Made by a program: the position numbers and the translations under genes
Shown here: piece after piece, positions 52,532 through 64,000 of the stretch
Numbering within the stretch: the stretch's first letter is position 1
How the letters are laid out: every line of letters starts with the position of its first letter
The notes under the pieces: model-generated
Told to the model about the DNA's origin: nothing
The model's database searches: none
What the model saw: only the letters and a program-made list of their open reading frames with translations
Assembly (NCBI GenBank): GCA_012295275.1
Contig: CM022679.1
Location: forward strand, 27,342,001 to 27,406,000
From: Chrysomallon squamiferum
Taxonomy: Eukaryota > Animalia > Mollusca
Length of the DNA stretch: 64,000 nucleotides
Direction: 5' to 3'

Positions 52532-54309
52532 AATTTCCGTTATCTGTTAGCTATTTTTTTATTATAATTATTATTTATTGGTATTTTTATTTTGAAGGAT
52601 AAGGACAATTGTGAAAGGGATTCATTGATAATATCTGGATATTACTGATATAAGATTTTTACAGTATTTCGTTGTTGTTTTTTTTTGTTGTTTTTTTGGA
52701 TATATGGACATTACCTTTCAAAGAAAGATTTAATACTTTTTCAAGTCAAGGTAGCGTACAATATTGTATATATATATCTCATTCATCGGATTAAACCCAT
52801 CCAGGAACTGTTCATATTTCACTGATTCCCTGTCGTAAAAAAAAAAGGGTTGGTTACGCACAGTTTGTTTAATATTTAAAATCATGAATGTGATTTTATG
52901 ATTTTAGATGGGTGGCTGTCTTTTTTCTTTTCTTTTTTTTAATTTTTTTTTTAATATGCAGTGTTTAGATCAAAAGGTTTTTGGTCAATCATATCATGTA
53001 AGGAACATAATTGTTGTTGTTTGGGTTTTTACTCATAGAACATGATAGCAATAATCTAGTATTGATTTACAATGATAATAAGCAATTTGCAGAAAGCTTT
53101 ATACTTTACAGAATGATTCCTTGGCCTGCTATGAAGCACTGGGTAGCTGTTTCTAACTGATGTTTTAGATAAATACATTTTTTTTTATATGACTCAGATT
53201 TTAGACTGAAGCCTGTTTATTGATCTCTTACGTTTCAAGCTGTTTGTTAAGAGATTTGGAGATTAGTTATCTTAATTTTTATGGAGTATGCAACATGTTT
53301 ATAATTTGTATATAAGAACCAAAGGGTGCTCATATATGTATTTTATTATATATTTTGTATGACTGTCTGGATATATATATATATATATATAAATGTGGGT
53401 ATGTGCTCTATAGGTTTGTAGAGATACATATGTACAAACATGATGAAATAGATCTATTTTAAAACTATTATAAATAATATTTTAATAAGTTAATTTTGGA
53501 TTTATCATTTTTAGGTAAAAAGTTTAAAAATAATTTTAAATGTCTTAGCATTTATATTTAGTTTCTTTTTGTAGCTGTTTTTATTATTAGTGTATTATTG
53601 TATTAAATAAATTTTACTTCTGTGTTGATTGTAACAATGACATTAATTAATGTACTTAAAAAAAATCTCTAAAATTTATTATCTATATTTGTTTATTATT
53701 AAGTTTTAAGAATGATTTAATTTTGGTATTGTATTTTTAATCTGTGAATGCAGATAGTCTTTACTTTGAAAAACATTTTGATACTCATACACTAACACTG
53801 TATCTGAAAATACTCAATTTATACACAATATATTTAAGGAGTTCCTGAATAAATAAATAAATAAATAAATTTGGTAGCAATCACATAATGATCAATGATA
53901 AAACAATCTCTTCTGGAAGTATATTAAGGATATATATACTGTTTGTTTGTTGTGTCACATATTTACTAAATTATTTTAATAAATATTGTAAAATAATAAT
54001 TATTTGTAGGAAATGTGTAATGTACAAGTAGAATGTAATTTATAATGGGAAAGTATTGTGTTACTACAGCCTATTTGTAATTTACTGTTAATCATGTAAA
54101 ACCCCAGATGTAAATAATATCTTTGTTAAGCTGAGTGCCTTATAATATCATCAAATTTTTCACTACATGCTGATTATTAATGAATATTAAACGTATTTAA
54201 AATTAAATTATACTTACGGTTTTTTTTAAATTTATAACCTAACTACAGTTTAAACACACTCACACACATAAATTTAACGTTTTTTATTTTATTTGTTTGA
54301 TATATATTT

Positions 54310-55100
54310 ACATGATTTTTGTTGAAAAAAAAAGTGAAAAACAAATAAGACAGGCCCAAAGAATACATACTCATCCAGATATACACGCGCATATGCACAT
54401 CAGGAATAAATAAATAAATAAATAAAAGTTATTTGTGGACGAAGTCTTCATTAATATTGTTATCATTTATAATTGCATACAAAATTTCCTAACGAAATTA
54501 TAAGAATCAGTCACTAATTGTAATAGTAATAAGCAGTATACAACTATACATCAGAATTACCATTTTCTAAAAGTAGATATGAACATGTTTTAATAGGCAT
54601 TTTTAACTACGTTATGACTAGAAACATTTAACATAACAAAACAAAAACAAAAAAACTACGAATTATTCGTATTAAAAACAAAATAACTACATTCCAAAAT
54701 CTATACACAGTACAAATTTATATAAACTCATGATATTCAGTAACGGGAAACGAAAGCAGTTCTAATTCCCATTGTATGGCGTCATTTCTTTATAATAAAT
54801 AGGTTGACAACGGCATTTGAATTCCAGACGCCCAGATGTAAACATCTCTAACATCAGGAACTGCAACTGCAATTCTGAACAATATTTTCATAGCGTTAAA
54901 AATTAACACATGGTTATTATGGAGACAACACTGAGAACTGACCCGTCAAACAAATCAACATATTGCATCAGGAATGGACCTTTCTAAAAAAAAACACCCT
55001 CCGACTATAAGGAAACTGATGCAGAATCAATATCAGCGAAAGAAACATTAACTCTCAGTAATACACTGGGTACAGATCTACTCATTCACCGGAAGAAAGA

Positions 55101-55192
<92 letters not shown>

Positions 55193-55590
55193 ACTACATA
55201 TATACATGTAGAAACACACACAGACATACACACACGTACACAGAAACAAAATAGGTACGCACAAAGATGCATGTATAAAAATACTGGTCCAATACACAAC
55301 AGAAACGGACGACAAAAGAGGAAGAGAAACACAAACATACAACATACACAATATGTACACACAAACGAGAGACATACGTACACCCAAACGAAAGACAAAC
55401 ACACAGACACCATACAATACATAATATATATAAATAAGATAAACAAAAAGATACATGCACACACAACATAAGCATATGTACACACAGACAAGAAATATGT
55501 ACATATACAACATACACACACATACAAACGTACACACAAGAAAGAAATACATACGCAACATACTGTTAGGGAGAATATATATACCAAAAG
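54310..55590 (+). repeat. Left arm of a long diverged inverted repeat; boundaries approximate
   Basis: GCAGTTCTAATTCCC 54756-54770 is the rc of 59617-59631. CATTTGAATTCCAGACG 54814-54830 is the rc of 59587-59603. Further colinear matches lie on both sides. Confidence 0.8.
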
Positions 55591-55880
55591 ACAAAATGTT
55601 CTGTCACTTTAGAAAACTTTTTTTTCTGAACTAGTAGCAAGTGATCTTTTAAACGCACTTTATCGTAGAACGGGAATGTGCATTCGATGGCTTTTTATGG
55701 CTGGAACGCGAAATAAGGCTTTAAGAGCAATTCAATTGTAACAGATTTTGAGGCCAGTAGGAATGTGTATTTATAAAAGAATCATCACTGAAATAACTCT
55801 ATAAATAAATAAATAAATCATGTATATATATATATGCATACAATACGTGTGTGTGTGTATGTGTGTTTGAGTTCTAACAC

Positions 55881-55926
<46 letters not shown>

Positions 55927-56464
55927 TAAGATTTGTACTTTATTAATTTATACCCACTTAACAATGCACGAAATCGGAATAACGAGGTAACCAAATTCAG
56001 ACATTAATATCAACGACTGTAACAAGTTAATAGCACTTTTCTTGTAGTGCTTTAAGTTCAAACATCTGACGTTTTAATTCATTAGTTTGTGATTGTGTCA
56101 AATTTAGTTACATCAGACTGATAAAATACGTTTCCATACTATAGATACAAAATCGTTATTCTCACAAATAGCTAGCTTTTGTAACACAAGTTTTCTTTTT
56201 CTTTTTGGAAAAATGAAAATCTTCAAACCGGGCGTTCACTTTTGATATTTTCATATATACCTCTTTTTTTTATTTATATGTGTGTGTGTTTGTGTGTGTG
56301 TGTGTGTCGTTGCACCTGTTAAAATACGTAAGTTCGTGTTCAGTTTTTACTCGTTTTATCTGTAACCTGACATTTTCGCTAAGTCAGTAAAACATTCTTG
56401 TATTAGAAGGAATCTGGAACTTGTTACTAGCATTTTGGTGAGTTTTATTAATTGTTTTGTTAGG

Positions 56465-56497
<33 letters not shown>

Positions 56498-56555
56498 TTA
56501 ATAATAATAAAAGTAATAATAATAATTATTATTATTACACAGAACTGTACACAAA

Positions 56556-56873
56556 ATGTTTACGTGGACGACTACTACTACACTGACGTTATGTCTGGCT
56601 GTGGTGACGATTTTACCAGACACAGCCAACGTGGACGGCTTCATCTTGGACACCGCCAAAAATGCTGGGACACGTGGAGTAGGTGCAGTAAATGGAGTTA
56701 CGGACTCACGGGAATCTTGTGGGCCACGTGTCCCTGACAGATGCCGTTGTCTCGGTCACACGAACGGCACGTGCATTCTGATGCCGTCGGATTGTCCCAC
56801 GTCGGAGAAGGCGTACCGCTGTCGTTGCTCGTCTGAACCCTACACGGGGCCAAAACCGTTTAACTGTATTTAA
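56556..56873 (+). CDS. Macin-family (theromacin/mytimacin/hydramacin-like) antimicrobial peptide precursor with two compensating frameshifts as assembled
   Basis: Signal peptide MFTWTTTTTLTLCLAVVTILP. Macin N-half CWDTWSRCSKWSYGLTGILWATCP lies in a second frame (56663-56734). Macin C-half DRCRCLGHTNGTCILMPSDCPTSEKAYRCRC...FNCI* is back in the first frame. Acceptor at 56542; candidate 5' UTR exon donor at 56328. Confidence 0.9.
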   Translation: MFTWTTTTTLTLCLAVVTILPDTANVDGFILDTAKNAGTRGVGAVNGVTDSRESCGPRVPDRCRCLGHTNGTCILMPSDCPTSEKAYRCRCSSEPYTGPKPFNCI

Positions 56874-56968
56874 CTGATTCATTTTGTGTTGAAAAAATAT
56901 TAGAGGAATGTAAAATTGTTTAACTGTATTTTGAGTCTTATTGTGTTTTAAATAATTATTAGGAGGAC

Positions 56969-56999
<31 letters not shown>

Positions 57000-57476
57000 G
57001 AAGCTTATAAGTGAGAAAAATAATAATAACAACAATAATAAATAAATAAATAAATAAATAATTATAATAATAATAATAACAACAACAACAACAATAAAGA
57101 CGTAAATTAAAATAATTAAAATAAATAATAATTATCAACATCATCATCTCATTATTATTATTTATTTATTTATTATTGCTGTCATAATTATTATCAGTAC
57201 TAAAAGAAAAGACGAAAAAGAAACAAAACATGTTTTAATAAAAAAAAAAAAAATAATAATAATAATGGAAAATGTAAATTAATGTCTATTTATAGTTGTG
57301 TTAGAGCAATGCTGTTATTTCAGTGACAAGCAGATATCTGATAAAGTGTGATAATCATATACGTGTTACTTTCTCATAAATGTACGTGACATACGGCATT
57401 TTTTCTTACTTCCTTAAAAAAAAAAATATAAAAAAAAAAAAAAAAAAAAAAAATAAAAAGAAAATAAATAAATATA

Positions 57477-57510
<34 letters not shown>

Positions 57511-58247
57511 AAATGAATAATAATAATAATAATAATAATATCTGAAAGTCGTCTAGTACTTCAAAGACTATGGAATTAATGGATATTAAGAACACATCAA
57601 AGCACTGTCACATTAACGATTACTGTGTGTCACATGTTATTAAAAAAAAAAAAAAAAAAAAAAAGAAGTTGTTTTCACCATTATGTGGGCTGTCCTTTAC
57701 TTATTAGCAGCAAGCACCTTCCCATGGATGTAAAAACAGCAGAGCTATTAATAAACATGTTTCAGTTAGCCGGTGTGGATTGGGAAAATAGCCAGTTCAG
57801 AGAAGATTAATCCTCAATAATAATAATAACAATAACAACAATAAAAACAACAACAACAACAACAACAACAACAATAATAATGATGATGATGACGATGACG
57901 ATGATGATAATGATAATAATAACAATAATAATAATAGTAGTGGTAACAGTGGATGGTAGTAGTAGTAGTAGTAGAAGTAAAATGAATAAAATACCACTAC
58001 TACTACTACTACTAATAATAATAATAACAACAATAACAGTAATAATAATCGTAAAGAAAATAAAATAAAAAGTATATCTTTTTCTCGATTAAGCTGTTAC
58101 GAAAACATGTTACTTATCACATTATTTTTATTACTAAGATCAACAACACACAAGACAATCATAGACACATACATACATACATATACACAGACACATATAT
58201 ACATACATATACACATACTACAAATACATATACACCTACATATAACA

Positions 58248-58294
<47 letters not shown>

Positions 58295-58449
58295 GCTCAT
58301 ATATACACACATATATACATACACATGTATACACTTATATACCTGCATAATACATGCATACATATACATGCTGGTTCATACATACATACATACATACATA
58401 AATAAATATATACCTAACGTACAAAAATGTAAATGACAACAAATACATT

Positions 58450-59689
58450 CAGAGAGCGCGTGTACGTGTGTATATTATGTGTATGTATGTTTGTTTTTCC
58501 TTTTGTTTAAGAGTACGTGTTTAGATGTTTGTATGTATGCACGTTTGTTTCTCTCGTTTGTGTGTACGTGTGTATATGTTGCGTGTTTCTCTCTTTGTTG
58601 TGTATATGCGTGTTAACCTGTATGTATGTTTATTTTAGTGCTTTTCTGCTGATTGTTTTTTAAATGCGTTACGTGTGTGTCGTTGGTTTTTATTCTTTTT
58701 ATATATCCGGTTTCTGTTACTGAGTTTGTGTATACAGGAAGTCTGTATTTTCATGTGTGCGTTTGCTTGTGCACACGCTCTTTTTATGTATTTGTTGTCA
58801 TTTACATTTTCATGCTTAATTTTGTACGCACATCTAGAAGTACAGCTGTGTTTTATCTGTACGCATTTGTCATTTTTTTTTTTATTTTGTCTCTTTGCAT
58901 TATTTTTTGTGAACATGTATGTTATGTTTCTAAGTATGTGTATACATATGTATATATGTAATTGGACGTTTTGTTTTTCCTTCTGTGTATTTGTATGTAT
59001 TTATGTATGCAGACCTTTATAATTACGTATATATATATGCTTGTATATATTTATAATTATTTGTATATATGTATGCATATATATGTAACGTCACATATTA
59101 ATTGCACACACATATGTATGTACACAGACCTATTATACACCTAGGTTTGTGTTTGCGTATATGTGTATGTGTGTATACTCGTATATATAAATATATATAT
59201 TAGTTGAAGGCATATTGTGGTACAAGTCGTTTGGCGCGCTATGTATATGTTCCACTTCTGGTTGCTATGGCGGCGATCTCGGCTAGTCACCTATTTCTTC
59301 CCCGTTTACTGAACCTGGTCCTGTCTGCCGGTGAGAATCGTTTTTGAGCTCTCTTGTTTCTGAGTTCACCATTTAAACATTTTAAGGTAATTTTTCTTTC
59401 TCTGTTGTTGATTCTTTTCCGGTTTCGAAAGTTCAAATTTTGATGCAGGTATGTTTATTTTGTTGAATAATTCAATTCTCAATGTTGTCTCCATGGCAAC
59501 CATTAGTTAATCTTTAACACTATGAAAATATGGTTAAGAATTTCAACTGCAGTTGTTGATTGATCACAGACATGTTTACACCTCGACGTCTGGAATTCAA
59601 ATGACCGTCATACAACGGGAATTAGAACTGCTTCCGTTTCCTTATTGTGATACGTCATAAATTTATACTACATATAAATTTTGGATTGC

Positions 59690-59724
<35 letters not shown>

Positions 59725-60100
59725 TTTAATGAGAAGAATAGTCAATTCTTTTATTAATACTTGCAACTATAACATAGTTACAAAACAAAACAAAAAATAC
59801 ATTCATGTTTAATTTAAAAAAAAATATAGTTATAATTTATTTATTATTATTTTAATAATTCGGATAATTTCGTTTGCAATTATAAATGAAAACAATATTT
59901 AGAACCCACAAATGATTTTTATTTATTTATTTTTATAGTTATTTATTTATTGTTATTGTATTATTTATTTACGAATTTATTTATTTATTTATTTATTTAT
60001 TATTTTTACAAACAACAAAATATTTGCACAGACTTTTAAAGTTTATTTTAATATTGGTTTTTAAAACAAACATATTTATTTTTCAACTTCATCATGAAGT
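58450..60100 (-). repeat. Right arm of the long inverted repeat; boundaries approximate
   Basis: Reverse complement is colinear with 54310-55590; best similarity is 59470-59695 vs 54685-54940. Confidence 0.8.
59261..59500 (+). promoter_or_regulatory. Two RFX X-box-like motifs and a candidate first exon
   Basis: GTTGCTATGGCGGC at 59261 and GTCTCCATGGCAAC at 59487-59500. ATG at 59267 reads to donor CCG|GTGAGA at 59330. Confidence 0.4.
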
Positions 60101-60463
60101 TTGTGGTTTTCAATATTGCTCTCCGATAACATTTAATCTACATCGTCTAGCATCACGATATTTCAATCAAATATAAAAGAAGAAATCAACGTCTATGAAA
60201 ATGATTTATTTTATTTATAAATCTTCACGTTATTGCCTATTATAAGCATGATGTTGTGATAGTGGATACAGTTCAGTCTGATTAGAACAGGATACTATAG
60301 TCAGTAAATCAATGCATGGAATTTCGCTGATGCATTCTGTAACAAAACCGACTCGGCTGCCACACTGGGGTCATGTGACCGAGGAATGAGTTTATTTGAT
60401 TGAATACTTTTAGTGTAACTTAAGTATTACTCGTTTGATGTGGTAGCTGATTTTCTTTGGTGA

Positions 60464-60537
<74 letters not shown>

Positions 60538-60995
60538 AAAATTTCAACTTAGCTTAATATTCTTTCTTTTATTTGATTGAAGTAGTTTATTATTTAAAAA
60601 GAAAAAAATGTATATCTACAGTATATAAATAAACAGTCAGGTGTTAGTATTCAAAATTTATTTAGGATTATACAATGTTTATATTATTCTACATATAATT
60701 ATTACAAACAATAAAACAAACAAACAAATAAAAATACAAAAATACAAAAATAAAAATAAAAATCAAACTTAACAATACTAATATCGAAATTGAAAGTTAT
60801 CATCATCAACACAACACCGACATCACCGACAACAACAACAACAACAATAATAATATTAATAAAAATAATAATAATTATAATTATAATAAATAAAAGCTCC
60901 ACCTTATTGTAGTAGATGTTCTTTCCTGTATCTCTCTCTCTCTTTTTTTTTTTTTACATAATATTCCTTAATCTCTTGTGTTTGCTTCTTTGCTT

Positions 60996-61211
60996 CTAAG
61001 TTTTCTTCACAACTAAATTATCTCTCCACGGAAAGTTCAGAGCATCGGGATCTTCTATGACATGTTTCCGTGCACATTCAGTTATCGTTTCACCTGTTTC
61101 GCCATCTAGAAGTATTAATGTTGGTACACTCTCCACCCCAAACCTCTGAGAAATTGACATCTGAAAATAGATAAAATAATTATAATGAAAGCAAACAAAC
61201 AAATATGTACG

Positions 61212-61242
<31 letters not shown>

Positions 61243-61585
61243 TGTATACATATAATCTATGCTGATGGACGTGTGCATATAAATTATGCGTGCGTGTGTG
61301 TGTGTGTGTGTGTGTATCGAATCGTTTACTAAATATCATTATCGTTATCTTCAAAAATAGTGAAACACCTCTAATAATGTGTATGTGTATATACATATAT
61401 ATTTTTTTTTTCATTTCTTATCTTATCTTTCTATTTTCTATTTTATTTTTCATACTTTTTATTTCTTCAAATTATTTGTTGTTTTTCATTTTCACTCACT
61501 CTTATTTCTTTCTTTCTTTCTTTTTTTTCCCCTACCTTTAAGATTAATACATTATTAGTATCTTCACACACATTAAATAATGATG

Positions 61586-61624
<39 letters not shown>

Positions 61625-62025
61625 TATCTGGCAGGTGTTTATTGTTATTTTAATAATTAAATGTAACCAGAGTCGAATACTTCGGTCTGCGGAAAATCAA
61701 TGAGGATTGTGTGAAACAAATACATTACATTACTTAGCACGTTTTAGTCATTACCTATTAGCTGCGAGTGTTTGTACTCACTGGATTGCGTCGCGTGACG
61801 TCTGCTCAATGTATATACCACATCAACTATCTGATTGACATCGGTTATTTTCGATTGCGTAAATTACCTTCGTTTAATTTGTTTGGGTTTTTTTTTGGCT
61901 ATCATTATTATTAAAAGATTTTTTTTTTTTTAATTTTTTTTTTTAAAGAAATCTATTTTGGGGTCGATAAAGGAGTAAGTAGGAAAAAGACAAAGAAATA
62001 AAAAAGAGATAATTACGTTGAAAAC

Positions 62026-62058
<33 letters not shown>

Positions 62059-63799
62059 TAAAAGAAAGAAAAAACGAAAAAACAAGCAGAAACAAATTCG
62101 AAAAAAGCTATTTTTTTTTTATATATTGGTTTTAGTATGCTTTTTTATATACGTATTTACTTATATACGTATATAGATCAATGTTTGTATATCTTTCAGA
62201 ATCATATATATATCCGTTAATAGGAATCTCTTTAAAGTTTGCGTTAATATCTAGTGTCTATGTATATACATGTATGTATGTATTCAGATGAGTGTGTGTG
62301 TGGATGTATGTATGTATGTATGTATGTATGTATGTATGAATGTATGTATGTATGTAAGCATGTATGTGTTGGGAAGCTAAGGGTTGAGACACAGGACGAT
62401 TGAACACAGTGGTGTTCCTACATATACTGTAACAAAACCACACAGAAAACATGGTTGATGTGGGTTCCCACAACAAACGCCCAGTGTGTTCAGACCTTTT
62501 ATGTGTGCACGTGCATTTGTGCGCGTGTTGTGTGTGTGCGCACTTCACGCGTATACACCTACACATAACTTACTATCTGAGATCGTGATTTATAATCAGC
62601 CATCAAAAATGGCAACACGTCGGTGGCAGGGTCTTCATCATCGTCGTCGTCACTGTTAGAAGAAATTGCAACAATTTCAAAATTGTCTCCCTTTCTGGTC
62701 GACTTGAGATTGTTGTAAAATAGTTTGAGCTGCTTTGAAAAATGTTGACAAGGCAGACACCAGTTTCCATAGAAATAAATACCTGACAGAGGTAAAAATG
62801 GAAGAAGAAGAAGAAGAAGAATATGTTAATGAAATACGTTATAAACGATAAAGGTTTATTATGGGAAAAAAGATCGTTAGAGTAAACGAATAGCTAATAA
62901 AGCAAATGGAAGAGAATAATTTTTGACTCTAAGTTCTGACTTGTAATGCAAAAGTAATGAATGAAATATAACATGGAATAATAATAATAATAATATATAT
63001 AGCTTAAATATACTTTATTTATTTATTTATTTGTTCATTTATCTATCATCGTCATCATCATCATCATTTTTCCAGAAAAATTCGGAAAATCGGCTGTTTT
63101 TGACAGTAGCTACTTTTGAATTATTCGCGCTTTGTTTTAGTTTTCGTGAAGACAATTCAAGTAAGTGTGTGGCTGTGTACAGGTGATCCTTTCACAACAA
63201 TTTTTTTTTTTTTTTTTTTTTTTTTTCAATTTACCATCATATTCATTTATTATCATGTCTAAAAAGGCTGGCAGAAACACATCTTGAAAGTGAAAAGAGT
63301 ATTCTGTACCGAGGTTTTAGGAATTTTAAGTGCCAAGCTTGCCAGGTAAATACTTCGTTACCTGAATCGTTTTATAAATACACTTGATATTTTTCTTCTA
63401 ATTTTTTTATTTTTTTATTTTTTTTTAAATTTATTTATTTTTATTTTGTTAAACATTCTTTCTGTCGCTATTTGTTATTTCTTTTCTAGATCCTTACAGA
63501 GACAAAGTATATTAAATAGATATAAGCAGATGCATATGTCTATAATTGTATATAAATATACATCTGAAGGTATTCATATATGATTGTATCAAAACTTCTT
63601 CATCGTACGTACAAAAGCATGCATATAATTATGTATCAACTTATTAACTCAAATATTCACACGGTAATTAATATAAAACAAATAATTAATAAAGTACACT
63701 ACCTATAATTTTGTCTGGACCAGCCAGCGAGGAGACCGGAACTCTACAACCTTTGCGGTCAAGAACAAACTTTCCAAAGACATCTTGTAAAACGTCCAT
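60996..63799 (-). CDS. Single-domain nucleoredoxin-like / tryparedoxin-like thioredoxin-fold protein, 156 aa, possibly with an N-terminal extension
   Basis: Exons 63799-63703 (MDVLQDVFG...VSSLAGPDKII), 62782-62574 (GIYFYGNWCLPCQHF...LFY...NFEIVAISS), 61160-60996 (FGVESVPTLILLDGETGETIT...EDPDALNFPW). GT-AG, 471 nt total. The frame is open upstream to ATGs at 63907 and 63964. Confidence 0.9.
63068..63320 (+). mobile_element. Dispersed repeat family, copy 3 of 3 (in nucleoredoxin-like intron 1)
   Basis: AGCTACTTTTGAATTA...CAATTCAAGTAAG.GTG..GCTGTG shared with the copies at 15784 and 28645. Confidence 0.7.
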
Positions 63800-64000
63800 T
63801 GCTGAACGCCAAATCCGAACTAAACCGAATCCGCTCCTTGCGATTTTCCCGCTAACAAAGATTCGCCCAGCCACCAGCTGTGTATCCGAAAGCCGTAGTA
63901 ATGACATATTTGCACAATTGATCTTTCTCTTTTCAGTGCAATTAACTGGTGATTTTTTCGTCATTAAAGGTATCCGTCTCGGTGTATGTGGTGTGGGTTT

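Noticed and set aside
55671-55682. Possible NF-kB site (GGGAATGTGC) upstream of the macin gene
   Set aside because: Poor match to the consensus, and it lies within a dispersed-repeat fragment.

Overview
AT-rich, microsatellite-dense, intron-rich animal genomic DNA. A mollusc or other lophotrochozoan is inferred from the macin gene and repeat landscape. Genes assembled by hand from splice sites: an unidentified coiled-coil gene (- strand, runs off the left edge); a complete 29-exon HERC3/4-type RCC1-HECT E3 ligase (+, 7622-27913); TMEM130-like (+, 31939-36326); MEIOB (-, 38942-44774) head-to-head with Njmu-R1/C17orf75 (+, 45574-52531, one U12 intron); a macin antimicrobial peptide gene (+, 56556-56873) inside a long diverged inverted repeat; a single-domain nucleoredoxin-like gene (-, 60996-63799). 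Tigger, hAT and MITE remnants are also present. Most notable: (1) two tandem 48-nt paralogous exons, 52 nt apart and probably mutually exclusive, encoding alternative versions of a conserved HECT N-lobe motif; (2) two compensating frameshifts in the macin gene that hide the canonical macin N-terminal half in another frame; (3) an in-frame TGA in a HERC micro-exon; (4) several minisatellites built from copies of the adjacent splice site. Most ORFs in the supplied track are simple-repeat artefacts. All identifications rest on recalled motifs and sequences, not database searches.
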